From a virus: 64,000 bases of DNA. Every line of letters starts with the position of its first letter. Position 1 is the first letter of the stretch. Position numbers and translations under genes: made by a program. The notes beneath the pieces were generated by a model. That model was not told the origin of the DNA and searched no databases. It saw only the letters and a list, made by a program, of their open reading frames with translations. Below are positions 51,049 through 59,937 of this stretch, piece by piece. The DNA lies in the IMG/VR virus record IMGVR_UViG_3300031746_002125, positions 1 through 64,000 of that record. The stretch is one strand, 5' to 3'.

Positions 51049-51360
51049 AGGTCGATTGTTCGGGTTCGATAACTGGTCAATAATACTCAAACCAACTTTC
51101 AATTCAAAGGGCATGATTATCGGATGAAGTTTTGGTCCGAAAAGATTCTGCCCTTCTCGTCCAATAACTCTCCAGTCCAAAAGCTACGACCCATAAATAA
51201 GGGCAAAAACACGGGAAAAGGTCAAAGTCCAAATAAAGAAAAACTGCCTGCAATTTTTTCGCAGAGTCAGAATCTTTTTTGGATCAATGAGATTTCCGGG
51301 GTCCGGCTCTTTTTAGAGCTCCTTGGGTTTGCGCCAGGATTCGCGGTATTATTGGATGTT

Positions 51361-51434
51361 TTCCGTATAAGTGTAATGGTAGCACACTTCTGGGCATACC
51401 GGAAGAAGTCTAGGTTCGACCCCTAGTACGGAAA
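51361..51434 (+). tRNA. Atypical tRNA-like RNA with CAT-centred enlarged anticodon loop
   Basis: TTCCGTA/TACGGAA acceptor; D arm GTG-TAATGGTAG-CAC; CTTCT-GGGCATACC-GGAAG; T arm CTAGG-TTCGACC-CCTAG. Confidence 0.7.
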
Positions 51435-51465
51435 ATTATTATTGGGCTTCGTCGTATAATGGTTC

Positions 51466-51918
51466 ATGGGATCGGTCTGTCTAAAACACAACAAAGAAAG
51501 AGACGCTTCAAGGCATTGTCCAGAATGTCGCAAAGATTATACCCTTAGTGAAAAGGGACGTAAGGCGATTACGGAGTACGAAAATTCCAAAAAGAGAAAA
51601 GAGTCCAAAAAAAGAAACAGGTCAACCGATAAAACAAAGTACTCGGACGGACAAAGACAAAGGGAATACCTCAATACACCAGAAGGAAGGTTGAAGTACG
51701 GAGCAAGAAACTCTGTACATTACGCAATCAAAAGGGGTAACTTAACCAAGCTCCCCTGTCAAATATGTGGGAACCCAAAGTCCGAGGCCCATCACTATCT
51801 AGGTCATTCCAAGGAACATAGATTACATGTAGTGTTCCTCTGCAAAAAGCATCATTACCAAGCCGACCACGATCCGGCCTTTAACGAAACTCTCAAACCA
51901 GACGGCCTCATCGTCTAA
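51466..51918 (+). CDS. HNH-like endonuclease ending inside tRNA-Glu
   Basis: PCQICG..SEAHH..V.FLCKKHH..H. Confidence 0.8.
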   Translation: MGSVCLKHNKERDASRHCPECRKDYTLSEKGRKAITEYENSKKRKESKKRNRSTDKTKYSDGQRQREYLNTPEGRLKYGARNSVHYAIKRGNLTKLPCQICGNPKSEAHHYLGHSKEHRLHVVFLCKKHHYQADHDPAFNETLKPDGLIV

Positions 51919-51976
51919 TTGGCTAGGATAGTACCCTTTCAAGGTACAGATACGAGTTCGAGTCTCGTTGAGGCTA
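51904..51976 (+). tRNA. tRNA-Glu(TTC)
   Basis: GGCCTCA/TGAGGCT acceptor; GTACC-CTTTCAA-GGTAC; ACGAG-TTCGAGT-CTCGT; no encoded CCA. Confidence 0.92.
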
Positions 51977-52015
51977 TAAACCAATGTTCATTTTTTAAGA
52001 GGAGGTCTGCGCAAA

Positions 52016-52183
52016 ATGAAAGTAGTTATGTCAGTGAATGTAGGAAAATACGGAGAGGGCAAGGTAGTTGAAATTGTCCAAGCGGCTTCGGACTGGGTAA
52101 GGACCAAGAAAGGAACGTATCTGCAAAAGGACTTCGTTCGAGAAATTGGAGGAAATTCGATAGGGAAGGAAGTTGTGATCTAG
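52016..52183 (+). CDS. 55-aa hypothetical protein
   Basis: AGGAGGT RBS; MKVVMSVNVGKYGEG... Confidence 0.65.
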   Translation: MKVVMSVNVGKYGEGKVVEIVQAASDWVRTKKGTYLQKDFVREIGGNSIGKEVVI

Positions 52184-52207
52184 AGTCGCGTTCCGTCCGC
52201 GATTCGT

Positions 52208-52320
52208 TTGCTGTGAGTGTGTGTCGGAGTCATAATTTAGATTCCGGAAGGATAGACACGTCACGCGGTCGGGCTCCGTACCGACCAGTGAAATTAGTTG
52301 TTCGATTCAACTACAGCAAA
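52208..52320 (+). ncRNA. tRNA-like RNA with expanded D arm and 8-nt anticodon-position loop
   Basis: TTGCTGT/ACAGCAA acceptor; AGTTG-TTCGATT-CAACT T arm; GGTCGG-GCTCCGTA-CCGACC arm; nested D-arm helices. Confidence 0.7.
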
Positions 52321-52350
52321 TTATTATTGGACAAGTTAGTATAATGTCTC

Positions 52351-52914
52351 ATGGAAGAGGTATGTCCGGTCAAAACAAGGGAAATCAAGTTGGGCGGAAG
52401 CAAGGGTCTGTCTACAATAGTCGATGAATCGGACTTTGTTTCCCTCAATCTTGGTTCATACCGATGGTGCCCAACGGTAAGTCCCACCTTGACGTATGCG
52501 GTAGCCAATAACGGAAAACGTCAAGTAATCTATCTCCATCGTCTGATAATGGGACTTATAAGTGGTCCTCGGTCTGTGTGCGTAGACCACATCGACCACA
52601 ACGGTCTCAATAATTCCAGAAGCAATCTGCGCATAACAAACCAAAGCGGGAATATGAGAAACGTGCGCAAAAAATATGCAAACAAAAGCGCTTCTCCTTA
52701 TAAGGGAGTTACACGGAGATTAAAAGCCAAATCAAATCCGTGGAAAGCGAAGATTCGACAAGGAAACAAAACCAAACACCTTGGAGTCTATCCAACAGAA
52801 ATCGAAGCGGCACAAGCATATAACAAGGCGGCGATCGAACTTTTCGGCGAGTTCGCGTGTCTAAATAAACTCCCCTGGTTGAAAAGGAGAAGCCATGAGT
52901 CGTGTCTACAATAA
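52351..52914 (+). CDS. HNH-AP2 homing endonuclease
   Basis: VDHIDHNGLNNSRSNLR; YKGV..WKAKI..LGVY..EAAQAYNKAA. Confidence 0.9.
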   Translation: MEEVCPVKTREIKLGGSKGLSTIVDESDFVSLNLGSYRWCPTVSPTLTYAVANNGKRQVIYLHRLIMGLISGPRSVCVDHIDHNGLNNSRSNLRITNQSGNMRNVRKKYANKSASPYKGVTRRLKAKSNPWKAKIRQGNKTKHLGVYPTEIEAAQAYNKAAIELFGEFACLNKLPWLKRRSHESCLQ

Positions 52915-53356
52915 GTTAGAGAATCCGGCTTTACAGTTCTCTCTTTTACATAGAGTGGGGAGAGAATTTTGTGAAAGGGTAGTAAAAGGAAAAAGATTCA
53001 AGGAAGATAGTCTGACCGAGATTGCTGGTAACGGCGTGTATGGGTTTCAAAGCAGAAGACAAAAACGAGAGGTATCCTCGATGGTTCAAACAATTGACGG
53101 AACCGGACTCAAGAAGGCGAAGAAAACTGCTTGTAAACCAAGGAAAGAGGTTTGCAAATTAGTAACCAGTTTTCAGGCATATTGGGCAAGTCTCGATCCC
53201 GAAGAGAAGAAGCGGAGAAAAGACGAGCAGGACAAAAGAATTAGGGCTAGGAACAGAAACAGAAGGGCGATATACGGGCGTCGAAAAGTTGTTGTATTCA
53301 CGACCAACCAAACCAGAGGAAAGAGAGGTGGATTAACAACTACTCCCAGGACTTAA
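52895..53356 (+). CDS. Basic hypothetical protein
   Basis: AGGAG RBS; K/R-rich. Confidence 0.6.
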   Translation: MSRVYNKLENPALQFSLLHRVGREFCERVVKGKRFKEDSLTEIAGNGVYGFQSRRQKREVSSMVQTIDGTGLKKAKKTACKPRKEVCKLVTSFQAYWASLDPEEKKRRKDEQDKRIRARNRNRRAIYGRRKVVVFTTNQTRGKRGGLTTTPRT

Positions 53357-53857
53357 ATCATTAAGAATACCGAAATCACACAATTCTATAACAGCTTCGT
53401 TATAGGCTTTCGCCGCTTCTTTCTCTGTCCGAAAACTTCCTAGATATTTATTTTTTCCATCTATCCTAATACACGCCTGCCAGGGTTTTAATTTGCTATG
53501 AATGGTGTGTCGGGAAACACCCTTGTATCTCGAAGAAGTTTTCAATAATGTTTTATGACAATTGCGAGAGTTGCCGCTATTATTAGTGATTCGCAAATTG
53601 TTCTTTGAATTATTGAGACCATTATGGTCTATATGATCGACATAAACAAAACAGGGCGAATTTACAACTCCCATGATAAGACGATGTAAATACACATTTT
53701 TGTCCTTTTTATAGGTTATAATATATGTCGTCTTATATCCCGGTATCCTACTCCACGAGTATTCCCACAGCCGAAGTCTCCAATAGTCCTCTTCGTCCAC
53801 GAAGGTAGTCACTTCATAATCACGTCCATACACCTTCATTTCCCGAATTTGTTCCAT
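53333..53857 (-). CDS. HNH-AP2 homing endonuclease, paralog of 47874
   Basis: VDEEDY..LRLWEY; VDHIDHNGLNN; AP2 domain. Confidence 0.9.
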   Translation of the reverse strand: MEQIREMKVYGRDYEVTTFVDEEDYWRLRLWEYSWSRIPGYKTTYIITYKKDKNVYLHRLIMGVVNSPCFVYVDHIDHNGLNNSKNNLRITNNSGNSRNCHKTLLKTSSRYKGVSRHTIHSKLKPWQACIRIDGKNKYLGSFRTEKEAAKAYNEAVIELCDFGILNDLSPGSSC

Positions 53858-53929
53858 AATCCAATTATACCAACAACCGCAATTATTCTTTTGTCAAGCA
53901 TAAAACCGAGAAGTAGGATTTATTGAAAC

Positions 53930-54002
53930 GGCCCGTTAGTTTAATAGCTTAAAACCGCTACCTTATAAGTAGCAGAACACGGAGCGTAACCGTGACGGGC
54001 CA
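53930..54002 (+). tRNA. tRNA-Ile(TAT) with atypical D and T loops
   Basis: GGCCCGT/ACGGGCC; GCTAC-CTTATAA-GTAGC; CACGG-AGCGTAA-CCGTG. Confidence 0.8.
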
Positions 54003-54083
54003 TTGTTTAAGGAGAATTAAAATGAAGATTTTTTGTTTGACGTTTTTAATTACCTTGAGTCTGTGGTTTGGGGGAGGCTGTTT

Positions 54084-54832
54084 ATGAGAACTATCAAATT
54101 AAGAACAGAAGAAGGTATGACCGACCAAGAAATCAGAGAAACAGCTAGGAAGTCTCCTAACGGGGAATACGCGACTGAAATATGTAAGGGTTGCGGTTCT
54201 TACAAAGTAGACCCAGAAGGAAATCTGACAAAAGCAAAAATTGTTGGCACTTGTCGAGAATGTGTAGTTCTAGTCTAAAACTCCTCAAGAAGAATCAGAC
54301 GTTTTCTTGGGGTTCGTTTTTGGGCTAAAAACCCATATAAAAGGAGAAGAGAATGATCGTATCCGCAATTAAGACCATTGAAAAGGTCGCAAATGGCATC
54401 CCTCTCCAGTTTTTGTCAAAAGAAGAGAGAGGATGTGTCCATTATTTCTTTGGCGATGATTTTGTTTATGTTAAGGCTTCTCTTTTTATGAAACGACTCA
54501 TAAGTCTTTGCGCGTAAACGACTTACAGAAGAAAGGTAAGAAAAATGACAAACTTTTGGGCCTATTTCATCCTCGGACTATGTGTGGGAATCGGAATTGA
54601 ACTAATCTTCCGTCCAATAGAGCGAATTTTCAGGAAGTAAGCTTAAGTCGGCCAATCACTAGAATCTTTTGTCCCGCTTAGGGCCTTTTTCTCATAAAGT
54701 GGCATTTCCAGGTCAAAAACGGACATCTCAGAGGGAAAATATGAGTAATGACCAGATATTATCATGGCTTTTCTTCTTTTTCTTAATGTTTATTGTTTAT
54801 TGGCATTGGTTTTTGGAGGAAAAGAAGCAATA
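54084..54832 (+). other. Several microprotein ORFs (54084-54278, 54353-54517, 54545-54640, 54740-54832), two hydrophobic
   Basis: Each has a purine-rich RBS; boundaries approximate. Confidence 0.5.
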
Positions 54833-55178
54833 ATGTAGTTCCAGAAGATAATCCGTAACTATATTTCAGCCTTTTAAGTAAAAAAAGAGATAAATAAAGC
54901 CATTATTCAAGTCTTTTAGGGCATTTTTTCGGACCCTTTTTGTGTATAAAAACGTTGTTCCCAGCCTCAGAACGCCATTTTTCGGACCATCATAAAGCAT
55001 TAGCGGTCCTTCAAAGAGTATTCGGGCAATAGCAAAGTGATATCAAAAAGATACAGAGTCCGGCTCTTTGTCTGGTACACCACCGAGACCCATTTTTCAC
55101 CACTTCAAACCACTAAACCCGTATTTCTTAGAACACACTTCTTCGACAAAAGTATGGGTGCTAGACGTATAATATAGG

Positions 55179-55670
55179 ATGGAGGAGAAGTGGGCAAACG
55201 TGGTTTCGGCTAACGATTATTACATTATTTCTACTAACGGAGTGGTAGAAAATATCAATACCGGAAGAACTATCAAAGTCAAAATAGGCACCAACGGTTA
55301 TCCCGATGTCCAGTTAATGAAAGATGGAAAACGTAAAGATTTCAGACTTCATCGTCTAGTGTTGGAAGCCTTTGTTAGTCCTCGTCCTCCAGGAATGGAA
55401 TGCCGTCATTTGGACGGAAACCGCCTTAATTATTCCCTTGATAACCTAAAGTGGGATACAAGATCAGAAAACATGCGAAACAAAACTGGGCATGGAACAA
55501 CCAATAAAGGATCAAAACACTGGAAAGCTAAATTAAATGAGAAACAGGTCATAGAAATACAAGAACTATTAAAGATGGGAGTATCTTGTATTGAAATTGC
55601 CAAAAGATTCAACGTTAGTAGACAATGTGTTTCTAATATAAAGTTTAATAGAATATGGAAACACCTCTAG
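55179..55670 (+). CDS. NUMOD4-HNH homing endonuclease
   Basis: LHRLVLEAF..CRHLDGNRLN..NLKW.TRSEN; HTH. Confidence 0.9.
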   Translation: MEEKWANVVSANDYYIISTNGVVENINTGRTIKVKIGTNGYPDVQLMKDGKRKDFRLHRLVLEAFVSPRPPGMECRHLDGNRLNYSLDNLKWDTRSENMRNKTGHGTTNKGSKHWKAKLNEKQVIEIQELLKMGVSCIEIAKRFNVSRQCVSNIKFNRIWKHL

Positions 55671-55794
55671 AATAATCCCTAAATCATAGTAGTACACATC
55701 TATTTGTATAGGTCTACAACAGAATCTATCGTTTTGCGCCTACCCTTTTGTTTAGACGTTAAACGATTGGTTTTGTCAAAAGGAGATAGAAGAC

Positions 55795-56086
55795 ATGAAC
55801 AGAATAATGGTAGTCACTGGGATGATTGTAGCCATGTTCTTGGCTATCGTAGGTTGCACGGAACAAGAGCGGGCAAAGAATTTTGGAGGTTCAACAACCG
55901 TCGAATTGCCTGAAGGCAAAAAAACTCGTGATGGTTACGTGGAAAAACTCGGAAATCTGGTTTCTGACGCGGGATATGAAAGAAGGCGACTTGGTTGAGA
56001 CCTACAATTTCGCCGAGAAAAGTGCGTGGGGCATTTTGGAAGGCAGCGTCACCATCAAGGAACACCCGTCGTCGAGACCGTGGTAA
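55795..56086 (+). pseudogene. Lipoprotein gene frameshifted at an A7 run
   Basis: Lipobox IVG|C; deleting one A at 55918-55924 joins ..ELPEGKK to LVMVTWKNSEIWFLTR.. Confidence 0.75.
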
Positions 56087-56138
56087 ATCTCCGGCTGGAG
56101 TATGTGGCGAAGAATCCGAAACCACACAGGAGAAAAGC

Positions 56139-57023
56139 ATGAGTACAACAATTTCACTTGAACCGTTCAAGCCGTCAAAACCAACGGAACATTGGTGTGC
56201 GGAATGCGATTGCAAAATCGTCAACAGTGAGGATGGCAAAAGCGGCTCATTTTTCACCGTTTTTGGACATGTCTTTTCGAAGGAATCTCGGCAGTACGAC
56301 GGGGAATATGTTGGTGTCATGTTCGCCGTATGTAGCGATTGTATAAACGAAAGAACCCGGAAACACACCTCTCAAGTCGAGTGTACGACAAAGAACCCGA
56401 AGCCGTAGAGGAGATAAAATGTTGACACGATTCCAGATTAAACAACGGGAAAAAAGAGCATATATCAAGTTGCTCAACCGGCTGCGAAAACCCAACGGCC
56501 TTTATAGGCCAGAAGATGTCTGGATTGTTTCAGTTATAGGAACAGCCCTTGGATTTTCTTCAGACCACATAATGGTCCTGGAAAGAGCGGCTGTGACTCA
56601 AAGTCGATAACTGCAAATCGTAGTCGGCTGTATTTTAATTTCACTTCTAAAGAAAATGAAACATATCACATCATCATCTACGGTACGGCCCTAAACCTCG
56701 ATTCCAGCCTCTTGAGACTTTTCTGTCTGGCGTGGTTGAAGGGTAGGAATTCCTGGAAATAGGGTTTCTTTTAAGGAGATCACAACGTGGTTTACAATAT
56801 CGTTACCGTTCCTGTCCCTGAAGAATTGTGTCAAAAAATGGTTAGGGGCATTGAAACGATGAGTGATGTGTGGGACGCTTATGATATCCTCAAGAATCAG
56901 GTCAAGAAAGATGAGGCAAATGTTGCCCTTGCTCGTCCTTTGCATATGGAACTAGAGCGTCCAAGTCTGGATGAATCTATGATCGACGCCGACGCTCACG
57001 ATTATCGTTCGCCCGGTTGTTAG
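56139..57023 (+). other. Small hypothetical CDSs (56139-56408, 56419-56610, 56787-57023)
   Basis: AGGAG RBSs. Confidence 0.6.
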
Positions 57024-57027
57024 TAAA

Positions 57028-57124
57028 TGGCCGTTAGCTTAAAGCTTCCGAATGGTACGCCCATCGGACGGTAAAGCCTCGGATGATTACCGGGAGATTA
57101 TGGGTTCAAATCCCATACGGCCAA
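57028..57124 (+). tRNA. tRNA-Ile(GAT)-like RNA with a 22-nt hairpin in the D loop
   Basis: TGGCCGT/ACGGCCA; GCTT/AAGC D stem; CTCGG-ATGATTA-CCGGG; ATGGG-TTCAAAT-CCCAT. Confidence 0.8.
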
Positions 57125-57307
57125 TTTCCATGTTCACTGAATTACACTTTGTTCAAAAGGGAGAAAGTATGCCAATAAGCGAAAGTCGTGCGGTTATGGT
57201 TCGAAGCGTAAAATCACGCATAACCTTGTGTTCCGATCACCAATGCGAGACAAAAGAATGTGGCTGTGATTCTGGTGTCTGTCCGGCTGCAACTGGAGAA
57301 TAAAAAT

Positions 57308-57896
57308 ATGAAAATAACAGAAATAGAAAAAGGGTGTTGTGGAGGAGGATGGACTCCTGTTTACGCGAACTGGAAAGATGGAATGATTGTGGCTACATCC
57401 AAATATCTACCGAATGAAATCCAGATATGGAGATTTAGTTATCCGGATTTAGCCAAAGAAAATTGGTCAAGGGGTCAACATTGGTTTCTAGATTATTGCG
57501 GATCAGATAAAGCTTTTTGGGCCACAGGAAGAGCCGCAAAAGCTATGTCTATGCAAATTTCTGATTTCAAAAGAGAAGAAAAATGATTAGAAAACAACGC
57601 AAAGCACTCATAAAAGAAATCCAGGACATTCTACGTTCCCAGGAAAAGTAATGTCAAGATGCAATGCTTGGCACAATGGTCGTTTTAACGATGGTATACG
57701 GGAGATTTTATCTCCAGATGGTGAATATATTGACTTAAACCCGTACAATCGCTGTAGCGACCCGTTTGTCTTTAACACTTTCCGTTTGAGGGAAGGAAAA
57801 GAAACAAGAGGGGTAGGAAAACCAAGTAAAAAACACAAGGAGAATAAAAAGAATTCGACATCCGTGACGAAAAAAAACGAGCTTGTTCAATACTAA
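57308..57896 (+). other. Small hypothetical CDSs (57308-57586; ~57583-57896)
   Basis: Coupled plus-strand ORFs. Confidence 0.55.
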
Positions 57897-57923
57897 GTGA
57901 GTAAACCATGAAACTTTATCATT

Positions 57924-58227
57924 GTGAGCTACCACCTTAAGGTCGTGTGGTTTCTTGCTTCAACGAGTCGCTAACGCAACTCTCCACAAGCGTAAATTCC
58001 CCTCGCTCCGAGGGATATGTATTTTGGGTACAAAACGCAAATCTCTTTATATTTTTCGCAGCCAGTATATCTCTATCGTGATTTTCATTACAAAGCGGAC
58101 ACTTCCAATTACGATCAGACAGCCGTAGATTCTTGTTGTGGTGTCCGCAGGGACACAGCCGACTAGACGGATCGAATCTTCCAATGATTAAAAGATTTTT
58201 TCCATACCAATCGCATTTGTACGATAA
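57924..58227 (-). mobile_element. tnpB: IS200/IS605- or IS607-family remnant: TnpB C-terminus and right end
   Basis: LSYKCDWYG..PSSRLCPCG..LSDRNWKCPLC..HDRDILAAKNI; end sequence GAAACCACACGACCTTAAGGTGGTAGCTCAC. Confidence 0.85.
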
Positions 58228-58239
58228 AGGAGAACAAAA

Positions 58240-59420
58240 ATGGCTACCATCGAGGAAACAGCAACGGGATGTATTGGAGCACATTCATATAGAGACTTTG
58301 CCAAAAAACATGGGTATAGTCATATAGAAGTCCTCAATTGGTGTAGTTCGGCTGGAGATTGGCAATTTATAATAAGTAAAAATGGGAAACGGTGGAGGAT
58401 TCTTTACCAAGAAAATAATTTTCCTAGACCGGGTTTTTCTCATACTGTTGGTGACGAAATATACGAAGGCACCCCAGAAGAAGTCTTTCAGACTATTTAT
58501 GGACTAGAAAGGAAAACATAATGTTCCCCAACACCAAAACAAATGAATCACAAGACAAATTTAAGAAATTGGCCGACGATTTTCAAGAGATTGTCGATGA
58601 CTTATTTCTTAATATCAAATATTTGATGTTCGATCTGGAAGCTACCCGTCGAGAAAATATGGAACTTAAACAAAGACTTTTAGATCAAGAAAAAGGATTA
58701 AACCGTGAAACTCTATCGTTGTAGAAAATGCGGCCAGTCATTTAACACAACCTTCGAAGGTAACTTGTGCCTCGCCTGTTTGTCAAACAAAGTTGAACTT
58801 GAGTCCGATCTTTCCTGGCATCCATTAAAACAAATAAAATTATGGTTGTATGATCTATTAACATGGGAACTACAAAATAAAATTTCCATGCTAGAGTCAC
58901 AAATGGTTAATAGAACAGAAAGAATAGAAGCCCTAGAAAATAGGATTAAAAAATGATTAAAGTTCATTGTAGAACAAATTTGGACGGATACGAAAGAGCA
59001 GAATGGCCAACGGAGATGTGTTGTAGGCCAGTGGTTGGCGATAGAGTAGCTTCTAATAATAACAAAGGAAATTTACATATCGTGTCTGTGATTCATCACC
59101 AGACTATTAAGGGTGAATTCGTAGGTGGTTTGAGTGGATCATCGGATTATTGTTATCTTGAAGTTGAACTTAACAGGGGTTATTAAATGAAATTACAAAT
59201 AGTATTTAAAATGCCCGACTGGGATGAACAACTTAAAAATCAACTTCCCATACCAGACGAAGTTGAAATAAGGGAAATGGGAACAACACTAGAAGATGAA
59301 ATGGAATTTAGGATCTCAAGTATCAAAAAAATAATAAGTGAAAAATGGCTTAAGTATAGTGAATGCGTTACCATTGACTTTGATATAGAAAAAGGAACGG
59401 CTACGGTTGTCGAAAGGTAA
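58240..59420 (+). other. Small hypothetical CDSs (58240-58521, 58521-58724, 58705-58956, 58953-59186, 59187-59420)
   Basis: Translationally coupled ORFs. Confidence 0.65.
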
Positions 59421-59424
59421 AAAA

Positions 59425-59937
59425 ATGGAAATCGTAGTTTCTTCTCGCCAAGCCGTCTGCGGAGTAATACAAAAAATCCAAAAAGACAAGCCAGACATCA
59501 AAGTGATTTGTGTGTCGATAACCGATCCGAAGTCAGAACCAGTTAATCTTCCTTTATTGGATCTCGACATACTCCGACTTCAATTCCATGATTTGGACCA
59601 AACATACCCAATTTCTGGTCCCGCAATTGTTTTATTTAATACTGATATGGCTCACGAGATCAAGGGTTTTATGGAGGAGAGAATTGACTGGGTAGAAAAT
59701 TCCAGTTTCGGGGTTGATGATTTAATTATTGTAGTACATTGTGAAGCTGGAATTTCTAGAAGCGCGGGTGTCGCGGGAGCTTTGGCAAAACATTTCTTTG
59801 GGAATGACGATATTTTCTTCAGAAGTCCATATTTACCCAATAGATTGACGTATAGTATATTATTAAATCTTTTGAGTGGAAAGGAAAATCAAATTCCAAA
59901 TGTAATTATATGCAATGAGGATTCTAATGTTTTTTAA
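59425..59937 (+). CDS. Protein tyrosine/dual-specificity phosphatase-like
   Basis: VHCEAGISRSA (HCx5R); LRLQFHD. Confidence 0.85.
   Translation: MEIVVSSRQAVCGVIQKIQKDKPDIKVICVSITDPKSEPVNLPLLDLDILRLQFHDLDQTYPISGPAIVLFNTDMAHEIKGFMEERIDWVENSSFGVDDLIIVVHCEAGISRSAGVAGALAKHFFGNDDIFFRSPYLPNRLTYSILLNLLSGKENQIPNVIICNEDSNVF

Noticed and set aside
46549-51426. Track ORFs 46549, 46789, 48996, 50060, 50112, 50212 and 51124
   Set aside because: They lack RBSs, overlap promoters or repeats, and their composition reflects the 9-mer motif.
56595-56765. tmRNA-like resume context ATAACTGCAAAT
   Set aside because: No tRNA-like termini, and the frame does not end in an Ala-Ala tag.
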